NCBI GenBank assembly: GCA_036340075.1
Contig: JAYYZJ010000007.1
Coordinates: 1 to 52,626 of the forward strand
Length of the DNA: 52,626 nucleotides
From: Thermodesulfobacteriota bacterium
GTDB lineage: Bacteria > Desulfobacterota_D > UBA1144
Direction of reading: 5' to 3'
Shown here one piece after another: positions 27,638-38,718 of the stretch (the stretch's first letter is position 1; each line of letters opens with the position of its first letter). A model generated the notes under the pieces. The model ran no database searches and had not been told where the DNA came from. It saw nothing but the letters and a program-made list of their open reading frames with translations. The position numbers were made by a program, and so were the translations under genes.

Positions 27638-28486
27638 ATGTATTTTCAGGATGTCATATTAAAACTTCAAGAATTCTGGGCTAAAAATGGTTGCGTTATT
27701 CTTCAGCCATATGATTTAGAAAAAGGTGCAGGAACTTTTCATCCTGGCACTTTCTTAAGATGTTTAGGTAAAAGTCCTTGGGCTGCTGCATATGTAGAAC
27801 CATGTAGAAGACCTACAGACGGAAGATATGGTGAAAATCCAAATAGGATGCAGCATTATTATCAATTTCAAGTTGTAATCAAACCCTCTATTAAAAACAT
27901 ACAAGACTTATATTTAGAAAGTCTAAGAGAACTAGGAATTGATACAAAGAAGCATGACATTAGATTTGTTGAAGATGATTGGGAGTCACCGACCTTGGGC
28001 GCATGGGGACTTGGATGGGAAGTATGGTTAGATGGAATGGAGATTACTCAGTTTACTTACTTCCAACAAGCTGGTGGTTTTGACTTGGAACCTATAACTG
28101 TTGAAATAACTTATGGAACCGAGAGGATTGCAATGTATTTGCAAAAAGTCCAAAGTGTTTATGATTTAAATTGGTCGAAACAGATTAAATATTCTGATAT
28201 ACATTACCGGACTGAATATGAGTTTTCTAAATATAATTTTGAATTAGCCAATATAGAAATGCTAAAGGTCTTCTTTGATGAGTCAAAGAAAGAATGCGAA
28301 AATCTTATAAAAAATAATTTACCACTTCCAGCTTACGATTACTGTTTGAAGTGTTCTCATTTATTCAATTTGCTAGATGCAAGAGGAAGTATAAGTGTAA
28401 CTGAAAGAGCAAGGTACATATTAGAAATTAGAAACCTTGCTAAAGAAACTGCTGCACTTTATTTAAAGATATATGAAAAAGAATAG
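27638..28486 (+). CDS. glyQ: Glycine-tRNA ligase alpha subunit
   Basis: [35 protein letters not shown]. Confidence 0.98.
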   Translation: MYFQDVILKLQEFWAKNGCVILQPYDLEKGAGTFHPGTFLRCLGKSPWAAAYVEPCRRPTDGRYGENPNRMQHYYQFQVVIKPSIKNIQDLYLESLRELGIDTKKHDIRFVEDDWESPTLGAWGLGWEVWLDGMEITQFTYFQQAGGFDLEPITVEITYGTERIAMYLQKVQSVYDLNWSKQIKYSDIHYRTEYEFSKYNFELANIEMLKVFFDESKKECENLIKNNLPLPAYDYCLKCSHLFNLLDARGSISVTERARYILEIRNLAKETAALYLKIYEKE

Positions 28487-30566
28487 TCAGAATTACGATT
28501 TTCTTTTAGAAATATTTACAGAAGAAATTCCTGCAAGACTTGTGAACGAAATCGGTTTACAGCTAGAAAAGAGTTTTGTCGATGAAATGGCTAAAAACTC
28601 AATAAATTACTCCAAAATAAAAACCTATTATACACCTAGAAGAATAGTCGTACTTATAAATGGTTTAAAAAGTAAGCAAAAGGATTTTGAACAGTTCATA
28701 CTAGGTCCTCCAAAAAAGATCTCTATGGATAAAAATAATAAGTTATTAAAACCAGGGTTGTCTTTTGTGAAAAAGAATCAAATCAAATCAAATCAAATTA
28801 AGATAACAGAAAAAGAAGGAAGTGAGTTTTTATCAGTAAATAAAAAAGTAAAAGGTCTAAATACAAAAGATTTTTTAAGAACTGCAGCAATACAATCTAT
28901 AAAATCCATTAAAAATAAAAAGTTTATGCGATGGGGTGAGAGCGAATTTCATTTTATTAGACCAATAAAAAATATTTTTGCGCTTTTTGGTAGAAGTCAA
29001 ATAAAAATTAACATCGAAAGTATAGATAATAATAATATTATTTTTGGACACAGATTTTATAGCGAAAAAGGAAAGAAGATTAGTTCAATAGCCCAATATT
29101 TTAATTACATGAAGAAAAGCTCTGTAATACTAGATTTCGAAGAAAGAAAAGAAATAATTATCAATCAAATTACAAAAATAGAGAAAAAGAATAAATTTTT
29201 TGTTGAAAAAGATGAGGATTTATTAAACCATGTCGCGAATCTAACTGAATATCCGAATGTCTTACTAGGTGAGTTTGACAAGAGTTTTCTAAAGATACCA
29301 TCAGAGGTGAATATTTCTGTTATGAAGAACCACCAGAAATATTTTCCTGTATTCAAGAATAAAGCATTAACTAGGTTGGATTCGAATTTTATATTTGTTT
29401 CTGGCTCTCCCTTTCTTAATAAAAAAGTGGTGATTTCTGGTAATGAAAAAGTTATTAGAGCTAGATTGAATGATGCTAAATTCTTTTATGAAGAAGACAA
29501 AAAAATTGGATTAGAGAAATTATCAGAAAAACTTCAATCAATAACTTTTATTGATGGAATTGGGACCTATAAAGATAAATCTAAAAGAATTTTTGATATT
29601 AGCCAGAATCTATCAAATAAACTGAAAATAAAAGATGATGATATAGAAGGTAATTTGGAAGATTCCTGTAGACTAATTAAGGCTGATTTGTCATCTCAGA
29701 TGGTATACGAATTCCCAGAACTTCAAGGAATTATGGGTAAATATTATTACCAAAATTCAAATAAGACTGTTTCTAAAATTATAGAGGGTCATTATCTACC
29801 TCGCGGTAGGAGTGACATGCTTCCTAAGGAGACTTTGTCTCAAATAATTAGCATTGCGGACAAAATTGACACCATTTCTTCCTGTTTCTATCTAGGTATG
29901 AAACCAACAGGGAGCTCAGATGCATATGGACTTCGTAGGAACAGTATAGGTATAATTAGGATAGCCGAGAATCTTAACAGAAATATAGATTTAATTGAAA
30001 TCTTAAATTTTTCAATCGCCAAAGTAGAAGATAGTGGCGAAAATAAAATCAGTGAGGAAAACAGAGAAAGATTATTAGTTTTTTTTAATGAGAGAATTAA
30101 AAATTATTTCGTTGAGAATGGATTCAATGTAAACATTATTAATTCACTTGTTAATAATGGATTAGAAAATAAAGACGTAAAATCAATTAATGACAAGGCG
30201 ATAGTCTTGAAAAGATATCTAGATGACAGTAAGTTGGATTTTATAGTGGAAACATTTAAAAGATTAAAGAATATAACTAAAGACAATTCCGAAACAAGTA
30301 TAAAGAAGAGTCTTCTTAAAAATAATTTCGAAATCAGCTTATATGAAAACTTGAAAGGTCTTGAAGAATCCCTTTCTTTTGAATCAATCAATAGGAATCC
30401 CGAAACATCTTTAAAAAAGATTCTCGATACAACTATGCCATTGACCAGATTTTTTGAAAATGTATTAGTAATGGACGAAGACGTTCAGTTAAGACAAAAC
30501 AGACTCAATTTGCTTACAAGAATAAAAAATAAAATTTCTGGATTTGCCAATTTTTCAGAAATCTAA
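28473..30566 (+). CDS. glyS: Glycine-tRNA ligase beta subunit
   Basis: [41 protein letters not shown]. Confidence 0.96.
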   Translation: MKKNSQNYDFLLEIFTEEIPARLVNEIGLQLEKSFVDEMAKNSINYSKIKTYYTPRRIVVLINGLKSKQKDFEQFILGPPKKISMDKNNKLLKPGLSFVKKNQIKSNQIKITEKEGSEFLSVNKKVKGLNTKDFLRTAAIQSIKSIKNKKFMRWGESEFHFIRPIKNIFALFGRSQIKINIESIDNNNIIFGHRFYSEKGKKISSIAQYFNYMKKSSVILDFEERKEIIINQITKIEKKNKFFVEKDEDLLNHVANLTEYPNVLLGEFDKSFLKIPSEVNISVMKNHQKYFPVFKNKALTRLDSNFIFVSGSPFLNKKVVISGNEKVIRARLNDAKFFYEEDKKIGLEKLSEKLQSITFIDGIGTYKDKSKRIFDISQNLSNKLKIKDDDIEGNLEDSCRLIKADLSSQMVYEFPELQGIMGKYYYQNSNKTVSKIIEGHYLPRGRSDMLPKETLSQIISIADKIDTISSCFYLGMKPTGSSDAYGLRRNSIGIIRIAENLNRNIDLIEILNFSIAKVEDSGENKISEENRERLLVFFNERIKNYFVENGFNVNIINSLVNNGLENKDVKSINDKAIVLKRYLDDSKLDFIVETFKRLKNITKDNSETSIKKSLLKNNFEISLYENLKGLEESLSFESINRNPETSLKKILDTTMPLTRFFENVLVMDEDVQLRQNRLNLLTRIKNKISGFANFSEI

Positions 30567-30577
30567 GGGAGAACTAA

Positions 30578-33316
30578 ATGGCTACTAAAAAGAAGAATTT
30601 GAAAAAACTTGTTTATTTTTTTGGTAATAAGAAAGCTGATGGAAATGGTTCAATGAAAGAAGTTCTAGGAGGCAAAGGAGCTGGGTTGGCGGAGATGACT
30701 GAAATAGGAATCAATGTTCCTCCTGGATTTACAATTTCTACTAATGTTTGTAAAATTTTCTATGATAATAACAAAAAGACACCTAGAACAGTAGCTTCGG
30801 AAATAAAAGAAAATCTACTAAAGCTTGAAAAACTAACTGGTAAAGGCTTTGGAAACTCAAAAAATCCGCTTCTAGTTTCTGTTAGATCAGGTGCGATGTT
30901 CTCTATGCCTGGCATGATGGATACAATTTTAAATCTTGGGTTAAATGATAAAACGGTCTTAGGTCTTAGTAAAAGAACTAACAATCCGAGATTTGCATGG
31001 GATGCTTATAGAAGATTTATTCAGATGTTTTCGGATGTGGTATTAAAAATTGACAAAAATCTATTCGAAGAAATGCTAGAAGAGCTAAAAGCAAAAAAGG
31101 ACGTTAAACATGATATTGACCTTGATGATTCAACATTAAAAAATTTGGTTCAAAACTATAAAAAAATTGTTAAATCAAAAACTGGTTCTGAGTTTCCTCA
31201 GAACCCATTAGATCAATTAACTAAAGCCATTGATGCAGTATTTTTATCGTGGAATAACAAAAGAGCAATTTTTTATAGAAAAAAATACAATATTCCTTCA
31301 GATATTGGTACTGGTGTTACAGTGCAATCAATGGTCTTTGGGAATATGGGAGAAGATTGTGGTACTGGAGTTGGATTCACTAGAGATCCTTTATCAGGAG
31401 AAAAAGAACTTTTTGCTGAATATCTACTAAATGCTCAAGGAGAAGATGTAGTTGCAGGAATAAGAACACCTAAAAACATCAAGACTATGCAAAGAGAAAT
31501 GAGAAAAGTTCATATGCAGATAGAGAATACTGCAAAAATTTTAGAACGACATTTTCATGATATGCAAGACTTTGAATTTACTATTGAAAATGAGAGCCTA
31601 TATCTCCTGCAAACAAGATCAGGAAAAAGGTCTGGAATTGCAGCTGCGAAAATTGCTTGTGATATGGTAAAAGAAAGACTTATAACTAAAGAAGAAGCTG
31701 TTCTAAGAGTTGAACCTGGACATCTTGAACAATTTCTTTTTCCAATTTTTAATCCCGATGACAAAAAGAAATTTGAGGTCTTAACAAAAGGGCTCGCTGC
31801 TTCACCAGGTGCAGCATCTGGAAGAATCGCTCTTGATGCACAGACAGCTGTAGAAATGAACAGCAAAGGAACAAGTGTGGTTCTTGTTACAAAAGAAACT
31901 AGTCCTGATGATATACATGGAATGGCAGCTTCACATGGAGTTCTTACTGCTAGAGGTGGGAGAACAAGTCATGCAGCTGTTGTGGGAAGGCAAATGGGAA
32001 AAGTATGTGTAGTAGGCGCAGAAGAAATCAAAGTTGATTTAAGAACACGTTCTATAAAAGTCAGAGATAAAATTATTAAAGAAGGAGACTATATTTCAAT
32101 TGATGGTTTTGATGGAAATGTTTATTCAGGAGATATTCCTGTTGTTGCTTCTGAAGTTATCCAAGTTATGCAAGGCAATATGAAAGAAAGAGCCTCTGAA
32201 AGATATTCAATTTTCTCAACAATTTTAAAATGGTCAGATAAATTTAGAAGATTAAAAATAAGAACTAATGCTGATGTACCTGAAGATGCAGAGGTCGCCA
32301 TTAAATTTGGTGCAGAAGGAATAGGACTCTGTAGAACAGAACACATGTTTTTTGCTGAAGATAGAATAAAAATCATGCAAGAAATGATTCTGGCTAATTC
32401 TCTCAAAGATAGAGTTGTTCATCTTGATAAACTTTTACAGATGCAAAAAAAAGATTTTATAGGACTTTTTACAGCAATGAATGGTTTACCTTGCACAATA
32501 AGATTACTCGATCCTCCGCTACACGAGTTTCTTCCAAAACGTGAAGATTTAATGTTAGAAATTAAAGAAATGGAAATTCAAGGAACACCTTTAAAGGAAA
32601 TAAATGAAAAACGTAGTCTATTAGAACGTGTAGAGGAGCTTCACGAATTCAATCCAATGCTTGGTTTACGTGGTTGTAGGCTTGGCATAACAATGCCGGA
32701 AATAACCAAAATGCAAGCAAGAGCAATTTTTGAAGCAGCACTAGAAGTATCCAAAAGGAAAATTAAAGTTAATCCTGAGATTATGGTTCCTTTAGTAGGC
32801 ATGGTCTCAGAATTTAAATTTCAAAAAAATATAATACAAGAAGTTGCAAAAGACGTTCTCGGCGCAAAAAAGATTAGTTATATGATTGGGACGATGATAG
32901 AAGTACCTAGAGCTACCGCAGTTGCCAATCAAATAGCCAAAGAGGCTGAATTCTTTTCTTTTGGAACAAATGACTTAACCCAAACAGTTTTTGCATATTC
33001 CCGTGATGATTCCGGCAAATTTATAAATACCTATATGGATACAAAAGTTGAGATTGAAGGAAAATCTGTAGAGATACTAGAGAAAGATCCATTTACTAGT
33101 ATTGACGTTAATGGTGTAGGTGAATTTATGAAAATTGGTCTTGAAAGAGGTAAATCTACAAGAAAAAATTTAAAAGTTGGGATTTGCGGAGAACATGGTG
33201 GTGACCCAAATTCTATAGATTTTTGTCATCAAATTGGTCTTGATTATGTTAGCTGTTCTCCATTCAGAGTCCCTATTGCAAGGCTTGCAGCAGCCAGAAT
33301 AGCACTCAAAGATTAA
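30578..33316 (+). CDS. ppdK: Pyruvate, phosphate dikinase
   Basis: LGGKGAGLAEM, SMPGMMDT, GGRTSHAAVV phospho-His, GICGEHGG. Confidence 0.98.
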   Translation: MATKKKNLKKLVYFFGNKKADGNGSMKEVLGGKGAGLAEMTEIGINVPPGFTISTNVCKIFYDNNKKTPRTVASEIKENLLKLEKLTGKGFGNSKNPLLVSVRSGAMFSMPGMMDTILNLGLNDKTVLGLSKRTNNPRFAWDAYRRFIQMFSDVVLKIDKNLFEEMLEELKAKKDVKHDIDLDDSTLKNLVQNYKKIVKSKTGSEFPQNPLDQLTKAIDAVFLSWNNKRAIFYRKKYNIPSDIGTGVTVQSMVFGNMGEDCGTGVGFTRDPLSGEKELFAEYLLNAQGEDVVAGIRTPKNIKTMQREMRKVHMQIENTAKILERHFHDMQDFEFTIENESLYLLQTRSGKRSGIAAAKIACDMVKERLITKEEAVLRVEPGHLEQFLFPIFNPDDKKKFEVLTKGLAASPGAASGRIALDAQTAVEMNSKGTSVVLVTKETSPDDIHGMAASHGVLTARGGRTSHAAVVGRQMGKVCVVGAEEIKVDLRTRSIKVRDKIIKEGDYISIDGFDGNVYSGDIPVVASEVIQVMQGNMKERASERYSIFSTILKWSDKFRRLKIRTNADVPEDAEVAIKFGAEGIGLCRTEHMFFAEDRIKIMQEMILANSLKDRVVHLDKLLQMQKKDFIGLFTAMNGLPCTIRLLDPPLHEFLPKREDLMLEIKEMEIQGTPLKEINEKRSLLERVEELHEFNPMLGLRGCRLGITMPEITKMQARAIFEAALEVSKRKIKVNPEIMVPLVGMVSEFKFQKNIIQEVAKDVLGAKKISYMIGTMIEVPRATAVANQIAKEAEFFSFGTNDLTQTVFAYSRDDSGKFINTYMDTKVEIEGKSVEILEKDPFTSIDVNGVGEFMKIGLERGKSTRKNLKVGICGEHGGDPNSIDFCHQIGLDYVSCSPFRVPIARLAAARIALKD

Positions 33317-34869
33317 TTAGCCATAGAGGTCGCTCTAACTTCCCTGACTACTGTAATCTTAACATTCCCTGGATATGCGACTTCTTCTTCTATCTTCTTA
33401 GCAATATCATGTGAGAGTATGGTAGCTTCATCATCATTAATTTTATCGCTTTGAACCATAACCCTAACTTCCCTACCCGCTTGAATTGCAAAACATTTGT
33501 CTACACCATTAAAAGATGAGCCAATATCTTCAAGCTCTTTAACTCTTTTAACATAAGATTCGTATGATTCTTTCCTAGCTCCTGGTCTAGCAGCAGAAAT
33601 TGCATCAGAAGCTTGAACTAAAACTGTATAAAGGCTTGACGGGTTGTCAGAATGAGATGATTCAACAGCATCAATTACCTCTGGCGGCTCATTATATTTT
33701 TTTACTAAATCTGCACCTATATCTATATGGTTTCCTTCTATTTCATGATCGACTGATTTTCCTATATCATGAAGAAGTCCTGCTCTTTTAGCCAATTTTT
33801 GATCCAAACCTATTTCTGCAGCTAAGACTCCACAAATTTGTGCAACCTCTAAGGAATGATCTAATATATTTTGAGAATACGAAGTTCTATATTTCATATT
33901 TCCCACTAGTCTAACAAGCTCTGGATTCATATTGCTAATCCCAATTTCTAAAATAGCATCTTCGCCCAGTTGATGTATTTCCTTTTGGAGTTGTTCTTCA
34001 ATCTCTTCTACAATCTCTTCGATTCTACCTGGATGTATCCTTCCATCATCTAGTAATTTTTTAATTGATCTTGAAGCAATTTCTCTTCTAATGGGATTAT
34101 GAGAAGAAACTGTAACAACTCCTGGCGTATCATCAATAATTATATCAACACCTGTTTTTAATTCTATAGTTCTAATGTTCCTTCCTTCTCTCCCGATAAT
34201 TCGTCCTTTCATATCATCACTTGGCAATTCGACCACAGAAGATGTTTTCTCCGATGTATATGAAGCAGCATATTTCTGAATCGCGAGTGCAATAATATTC
34301 TTTGCTTTAGCCTCTGCTTCTTCTTTTAAACTTTTTTCAATCTCTTTAATTTTTCTAGCTGAGAGTATCTTTGCTTCATCCTCAACACTTTTAACTAACT
34401 CTTCTTTCGCTTCCTCTCTAGTTAGTCCTGTAATTTTCTCTATTTGTACCTTTGCATCTTCGAGGATTGTATTTAGTTCCTCCTCTTTATTTCTGTATTT
34501 TGCTTCTAACTCTTGACAGTTTTTTTCTTGTATCTCTAATTGAGCTTCTCTTTTTGTATTCTCTGTTTCAACAGTTTTTAATTTTGCTTTTTCATTTGTT
34601 AAAAGCTTTTCTTTTTCTTGCATAGAAGCCTTAATTGTTTCGACTTCTTCATTTACTTTTTTAATCTGTGATGATCTAAATTGCTTAGCTTTTTTTTCTG
34701 CTTCTTTAGATAATCTTACAGCTTTGCTTTTTGCTGAAGAGATTATCTTGTCAGATTCGTTTTTTTTATTATTTATGTCCTTTATTAAACTATTCCTGGA
34801 TAAAACCCAGAAGAACCCTAATCCTCCTAAGAAGCACCCTATCCCAATAGCTATATACATTATATTCAT
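33313..34869 (-). CDS. rny: Ribonuclease Y
   Basis: N-terminal TM, coiled coil, KH (KGRIIGREGRNIR), HD (LLHDIGK), ARPGAR. Confidence 0.97.
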   Translation of the reverse strand: MNIMYIAIGIGCFLGGLGFFWVLSRNSLIKDINNKKNESDKIISSAKSKAVRLSKEAEKKAKQFRSSQIKKVNEEVETIKASMQEKEKLLTNEKAKLKTVETENTKREAQLEIQEKNCQELEAKYRNKEEELNTILEDAKVQIEKITGLTREEAKEELVKSVEDEAKILSARKIKEIEKSLKEEAEAKAKNIIALAIQKYAASYTSEKTSSVVELPSDDMKGRIIGREGRNIRTIELKTGVDIIIDDTPGVVTVSSHNPIRREIASRSIKKLLDDGRIHPGRIEEIVEEIEEQLQKEIHQLGEDAILEIGISNMNPELVRLVGNMKYRTSYSQNILDHSLEVAQICGVLAAEIGLDQKLAKRAGLLHDIGKSVDHEIEGNHIDIGADLVKKYNEPPEVIDAVESSHSDNPSSLYTVLVQASDAISAARPGARKESYESYVKRVKELEDIGSSFNGVDKCFAIQAGREVRVMVQSDKINDDEATILSHDIAKKIEEEVAYPGNVKITVVREVRATSMAN

Positions 34870-34878
34870 ATAATCCTC

Positions 34879-35472
34879 CTAATTAATTCTAAGAAATCTT
34901 CTCTCGGTAAAAACTTTGTTAATTTTAATATCATGACTTTCTCCGAATGGATAGTTCAAAAACTGGAAATCAAAAATTGTCGAATAAATCCTATCAGCAG
35001 GTATGTTTTGCAATTCTTTGTCATAAAAACCTTTTCCATAACCTAATCTATGACCTAGAGAATCTATAGCTAATGCTGGGACTATAAAAATATCTATACT
35101 AGGTGAATCAACAAATTTACTGCTCATTGGTTCTTCTATTCCGAAGGAACCTGGAGCCAGGTCAGATATTGATTTAGTCTCGACGAATTTCATAGTATTA
35201 CTGACTATCTTCGGATAAAAAATATGCTTATTAAGTCTTCTTAACTCGTAGTCAATACATTTTATATTAACTTCTCCGTTAACAGGACTGTATAAAGCTA
35301 TATTCTTAACATTGTTACGTTGAGGGAATATGTGGTCTAATAAATCCTTACATATTCTTTCAGACTTGATAAGCGCAATAGAACTTTCTATCTTCTTTCT
35401 TTTTTGTCCTATATTAGCTCGCAATGCAGACTTACTAAGGTAGTCTTGATACGATTGATGATATTCTCTCAC
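34879..35472 (-). CDS. ygfA: 5-formyltetrahydrofolate cyclo-ligase
   Basis: K..LR, FGIEEP, VPALA.D..G.RLGYGKGFYD, HD. Start uncertain (GTG 35472 overlaps zapA). Confidence 0.9.
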   Translation of the reverse strand: MREYHQSYQDYLSKSALRANIGQKRKKIESSIALIKSERICKDLLDHIFPQRNNVKNIALYSPVNGEVNIKCIDYELRRLNKHIFYPKIVSNTMKFVETKSISDLAPGSFGIEEPMSSKFVDSPSIDIFIVPALAIDSLGHRLGYGKGFYDKELQNIPADRIYSTIFDFQFLNYPFGESHDIKINKVFTERRFLRIN

Positions 35473-35689
35473 GATCCTTATCCTCTTTTTCCTTCAAGGA
35501 CAGAATTTCGTAGACAGCATTAACAAGAAGTAAATTTGATATTTCTAGAGAAGAAAAGGTTTGTTCTTCTAACTTATGTTCGGAATACTTATCGTTAATA
35601 TATTCCTCAATCTGTTTTAAAAGCCCATCATCACACTCAGTCTTAAACTTCAGTGTTTGCTTTAAATGACTTAAATGTAATTCTTTCAC
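35435..35689 (-). CDS. zapA: Cell division protein ZapA-like
   Basis: Size, beta-beta-helix-helix pattern and position between a ZapB-like gene and ygfA; sequence divergent. Confidence 0.65.
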   Translation of the reverse strand: MKELHLSHLKQTLKFKTECDDGLLKQIEEYINDKYSEHKLEEQTFSSLEISNLLLVNAVYEILSLKEKEDKDRERISSIVSRLP

Positions 35690-35898
35690 TAAATATCTAA
35701 ATCTCTTACTACTTTATCTAATTCGCTAAGAACAACAGCTATTTCTTCTTTGTAAGCTTTGTTCTTGTTTTTTAAATCAAGACAAGAACTATTTAATCTC
35801 TCAACTTCATTTTCTAAATTTGAAATCTTGTCTTCTAATCTTATCTTCTGCTCTACGGCATCCTTAACCTTTTTATCAAGGATATCAATGATATCCAT
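35689..35898 (-). CDS. ZapB-like coiled-coil protein
   Basis: 69 aa of heptad repeats (L..KV..AV....L...L..E...L) directly upstream of zapA. Confidence 0.65.
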   Translation of the reverse strand: MDIIDILDKKVKDAVEQKIRLEDKISNLENEVERLNSSCLDLKNKNKAYKEEIAVVLSELDKVVRDLDI

Positions 35899-35946
35899 GA
35901 TATAATTTTATCCCATAGCAAGCAGTTTACAAGCTGAGTAATAGAT

Positions 35947-37005
35947 ATGATTGAGGAAAAAATTCGAAAAAAATTGGAAGATGCTCAAAATGAGCTTGAA
36001 AAGATAGATATACAACTAGCATCTTCAGATTTGGACTCAAATCTAATTAAGGAACTATCAAAAAAAAGAGCCAATATATCAGAGATAGTTGACGACTTCT
36101 TGAAGCTCAAAAATATAGAATTATCAATAATTGAGAACAGGAAATTAACTGAAGATAAGGAGCTGAAAGAGCTAGCAGAAGAGGAATTGGTAAATCTTGA
36201 GAAGGAATTAGAGATTATTGAAAAAAGAATTAGATTAGAGTTCACATTGAAAGATCCTTTGGATTCCAAAGATGTAATAATGGAAATTCGAGCTGGAGCT
36301 GGTGGCGACGAAGCTGCTCTTTTCGCAAGTGATTTATTAAGAATGTATTTGAGATACTCCGAGAGAAAAGATTGGTCAACAGAAATAATAAATAAAAGTG
36401 AGATAGGTTTAGGTGGAACAAAGGAAGCAATAGTTTCTATATCCGGAAAAAATGTATATTCATATATGAAATTTGAAAGTGGTGTTCATAGAGTGCAAAG
36501 AGTTCCTTTGACTGAAACTAGCGGTAGAGTCCATACTTCAACTGCGACTGTTGCCATACTTCCTGAAGCAGACGATGTCGAGATTAAAATAAATGAGAAA
36601 GATTTAAGAATTGACACTTATCGAGCGTCTGGAGCTGGGGGACAGCATGTTAATAAAACTGATTCTGCTATAAGAATTACTCATGAGCCCTCTGGAATAG
36701 TAGTACAAAATCAGGATGGGAAGTCACAACATCAAAACAAACAAAGAGCAATGCGAATATTAAGAGCCAAGCTATTTGAGGACGAACAGGAGAAACAAAA
36801 ACAAAGCATGTCAGAAACTAGAAAATCATTAGTTGGTGGGGGAGATAGAAGCGAAAAGATAAGAACATATAATTTTCCACAAGGTAGAGTAAGTGATCAC
36901 AGAATTAATCTTACTTTGCATAAAATTGATCACATTCTTGATGGAGACTTAGATGAACTTAACTCCGAATTAAACAAAAACTACCAGAGCGAAATGGGAG
37001 AATAA
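35947..37005 (+). CDS. prfA: Peptide chain release factor 1
   Basis: GGDEAALFA, PxT motif (VPLTE), GAGGQHVN. Confidence 0.97.
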   Translation: MIEEKIRKKLEDAQNELEKIDIQLASSDLDSNLIKELSKKRANISEIVDDFLKLKNIELSIIENRKLTEDKELKELAEEELVNLEKELEIIEKRIRLEFTLKDPLDSKDVIMEIRAGAGGDEAALFASDLLRMYLRYSERKDWSTEIINKSEIGLGGTKEAIVSISGKNVYSYMKFESGVHRVQRVPLTETSGRVHTSTATVAILPEADDVEIKINEKDLRIDTYRASGAGGQHVNKTDSAIRITHEPSGIVVQNQDGKSQHQNKQRAMRILRAKLFEDEQEKQKQSMSETRKSLVGGGDRSEKIRTYNFPQGRVSDHRINLTLHKIDHILDGDLDELNSELNKNYQSEMGE

Positions 37006-37008
37006 TAG

Positions 37009-37803
37009 ATGGAGTTTATGTTTACAGTTCCCATTTTTTACATAATATCTTTTATTTTAAGTTTGTATTTCGTAATATCAGGTAAAAAAGATTTTTCATC
37101 TACAAGTAATTACTTTTTTATTTCAGCATTTTTAATTCAGGCAGTGTTAATAGCATCAGAGAGAATCCAATACACTTCCGGAGATATAGAAACTGTACTT
37201 TTTTTAATAGCTTTTATTATTTCCTTAGGAAGCTATTTGCTTATAAGGCCTAGAATTGATAATTTGTATTCTCTTTATGTATCACCAGTAGCATTTATTG
37301 CAACAATCCCTATTCTTTTCTACTCAAACAATTTAGAAAATATAACAGCAAATAATAATCTTTTAGTTTTTTCACATGTAGTCCCTAATTTACTTGCTCA
37401 TACGATGCTGTTAATAGCCACAATTTTTAGTTCTATGTTCTTATTCCAATACAAAAATATTAAAAACAAAAATATCAAGAAAATTAGCAGACTCCCGAGC
37501 ATATCCTTAATAGAAAAGATTAATTTTCTTCTTATTGTTTCATCTTTCCCTCTTATGTCTATAGGCCTCGGATTGGGTTTTGTTCTATCTAAGAAGCAAA
37601 TTGGGTCTTATTGGTTTGGTACCGTTTCATCCCTTTCTGTCACTTCTTGGAGTATATTTTTTATTTTAATTATCTTAAAATCAGTATACAAAATTAGCGC
37701 ATACAAGACTTCACTATTAACTATTGTAGGATTTATAACTATAATATTAGGCTATGTGTTTATGCACTTGCTTGAGTTACCTTCACATAATTTATTAGGT
37801 TAA
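37009..37803 (+). CDS. CcsA/HemX/YpjD-like heme-handling membrane protein
   Basis: About 8 TM, His in LVFSHV, LFQ...K.K....LPS...E..N....FPL...L.LG; the canonical WWD motif is degenerate. Confidence 0.75.
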   Translation: MEFMFTVPIFYIISFILSLYFVISGKKDFSSTSNYFFISAFLIQAVLIASERIQYTSGDIETVLFLIAFIISLGSYLLIRPRIDNLYSLYVSPVAFIATIPILFYSNNLENITANNNLLVFSHVVPNLLAHTMLLIATIFSSMFLFQYKNIKNKNIKKISRLPSISLIEKINFLLIVSSFPLMSIGLGLGFVLSKKQIGSYWFGTVSSLSVTSWSIFFILIILKSVYKISAYKTSLLTIVGFITIILGYVFMHLLELPSHNLLG

Positions 37804-37806
37804 ATA

Positions 37807-37846
37807 TTTTTGTGAGAAGAATATGCAATACTCCTTCTCACAAAAA
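37807..37846. terminator. Hairpin between convergent genes (possible bidirectional terminator)
   Basis: TTTTTGTGAGAAG / CTTCTCACAAAAA perfect 13-bp inverted repeat with a 14-nt loop; no classical 3' U-tail. Confidence 0.6.
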
Positions 37847-37848
37847 CT

Positions 37849-38610
37849 TTAAAGCATATTGTGTCCGCCATTAATACTTAGATTTGTACCAGTTATCCAA
37901 GAACCTGCAGGCGAGCATAAATAAAGAACTGCCAAAGCAATCTCATCTGCATAACCAAATCTTCCTAAAGGTATTTCATCTTTAATTCCTGCTAAAAGAT
38001 CCGGTGGAACAGTATGAAGCATATCAGTTTCAACAAAACCTGGAGATATTGCATTAACTCTAATGTTATCTTTTGCAAGCTCTCTCGCTAAACTTCTTGT
38101 AAAACCATACATACCGCTTTTAGTAGCTGCATAATTAGATTGACCTATATTACCAGTCTCACCAATTATTGATGAAATATTGATAACAACTCCAGATCCT
38201 GCATCCCTCATATGTGGCACAACAGCTTTAGACATATTAAATAAAGCACCAAGATTTGTATTTATAACCTCGCTCCACTCTTCTTGAGACATTCTGCTAA
38301 AAGTAATATCTCTATTGATTCCAGCATTGTTTACTAGAAAATCAATCTGTCCGTATTGCTTAATAGCTTCTTCTCCTAAAGCTTGGCAAGCATCAAAATC
38401 TTTAACATCAGCTTGAACAATTATCGCTTCAGAGCCTAAACCAGCAATTTCTTCAGCTGTTATTTCAGCCGCTTCTTGATTGCTCACATAATTCAGTACT
38501 AATTTTGCACCAGCTTCTGCAAATGCTAAGGCACACTGTTTTCCTATACCTCTAGAACTTCCTGTAACAACCGCGACTTTGTCTTTAACATCATACAAAT
38601 TTTCAATCAT
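37849..38610 (-). CDS. SDR oxidoreductase, acetoacetyl-CoA reductase (PhaB)/FabG-like
   Basis: TGSSRGIG, NNAGINRD, GQSNYAATK, LSINGG; strong SD AGGGAGGT. Confidence 0.85.
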   Translation of the reverse strand: MIENLYDVKDKVAVVTGSSRGIGKQCALAFAEAGAKLVLNYVSNQEAAEITAEEIAGLGSEAIIVQADVKDFDACQALGEEAIKQYGQIDFLVNNAGINRDITFSRMSQEEWSEVINTNLGALFNMSKAVVPHMRDAGSGVVINISSIIGETGNIGQSNYAATKSGMYGFTRSLARELAKDNIRVNAISPGFVETDMLHTVPPDLLAGIKDEIPLGRFGYADEIALAVLYLCSPAGSWITGTNLSINGGHNML

Positions 38611-38718
38611 TATTAAAAACCTCCCTTTACTGCATTCATTATTCTATACAAAAAAGAATTATTTATCTACAAATTTCCCTCTATTATCATCTTCGAAATC
38701 GTTTAGTATTATTTCAAT

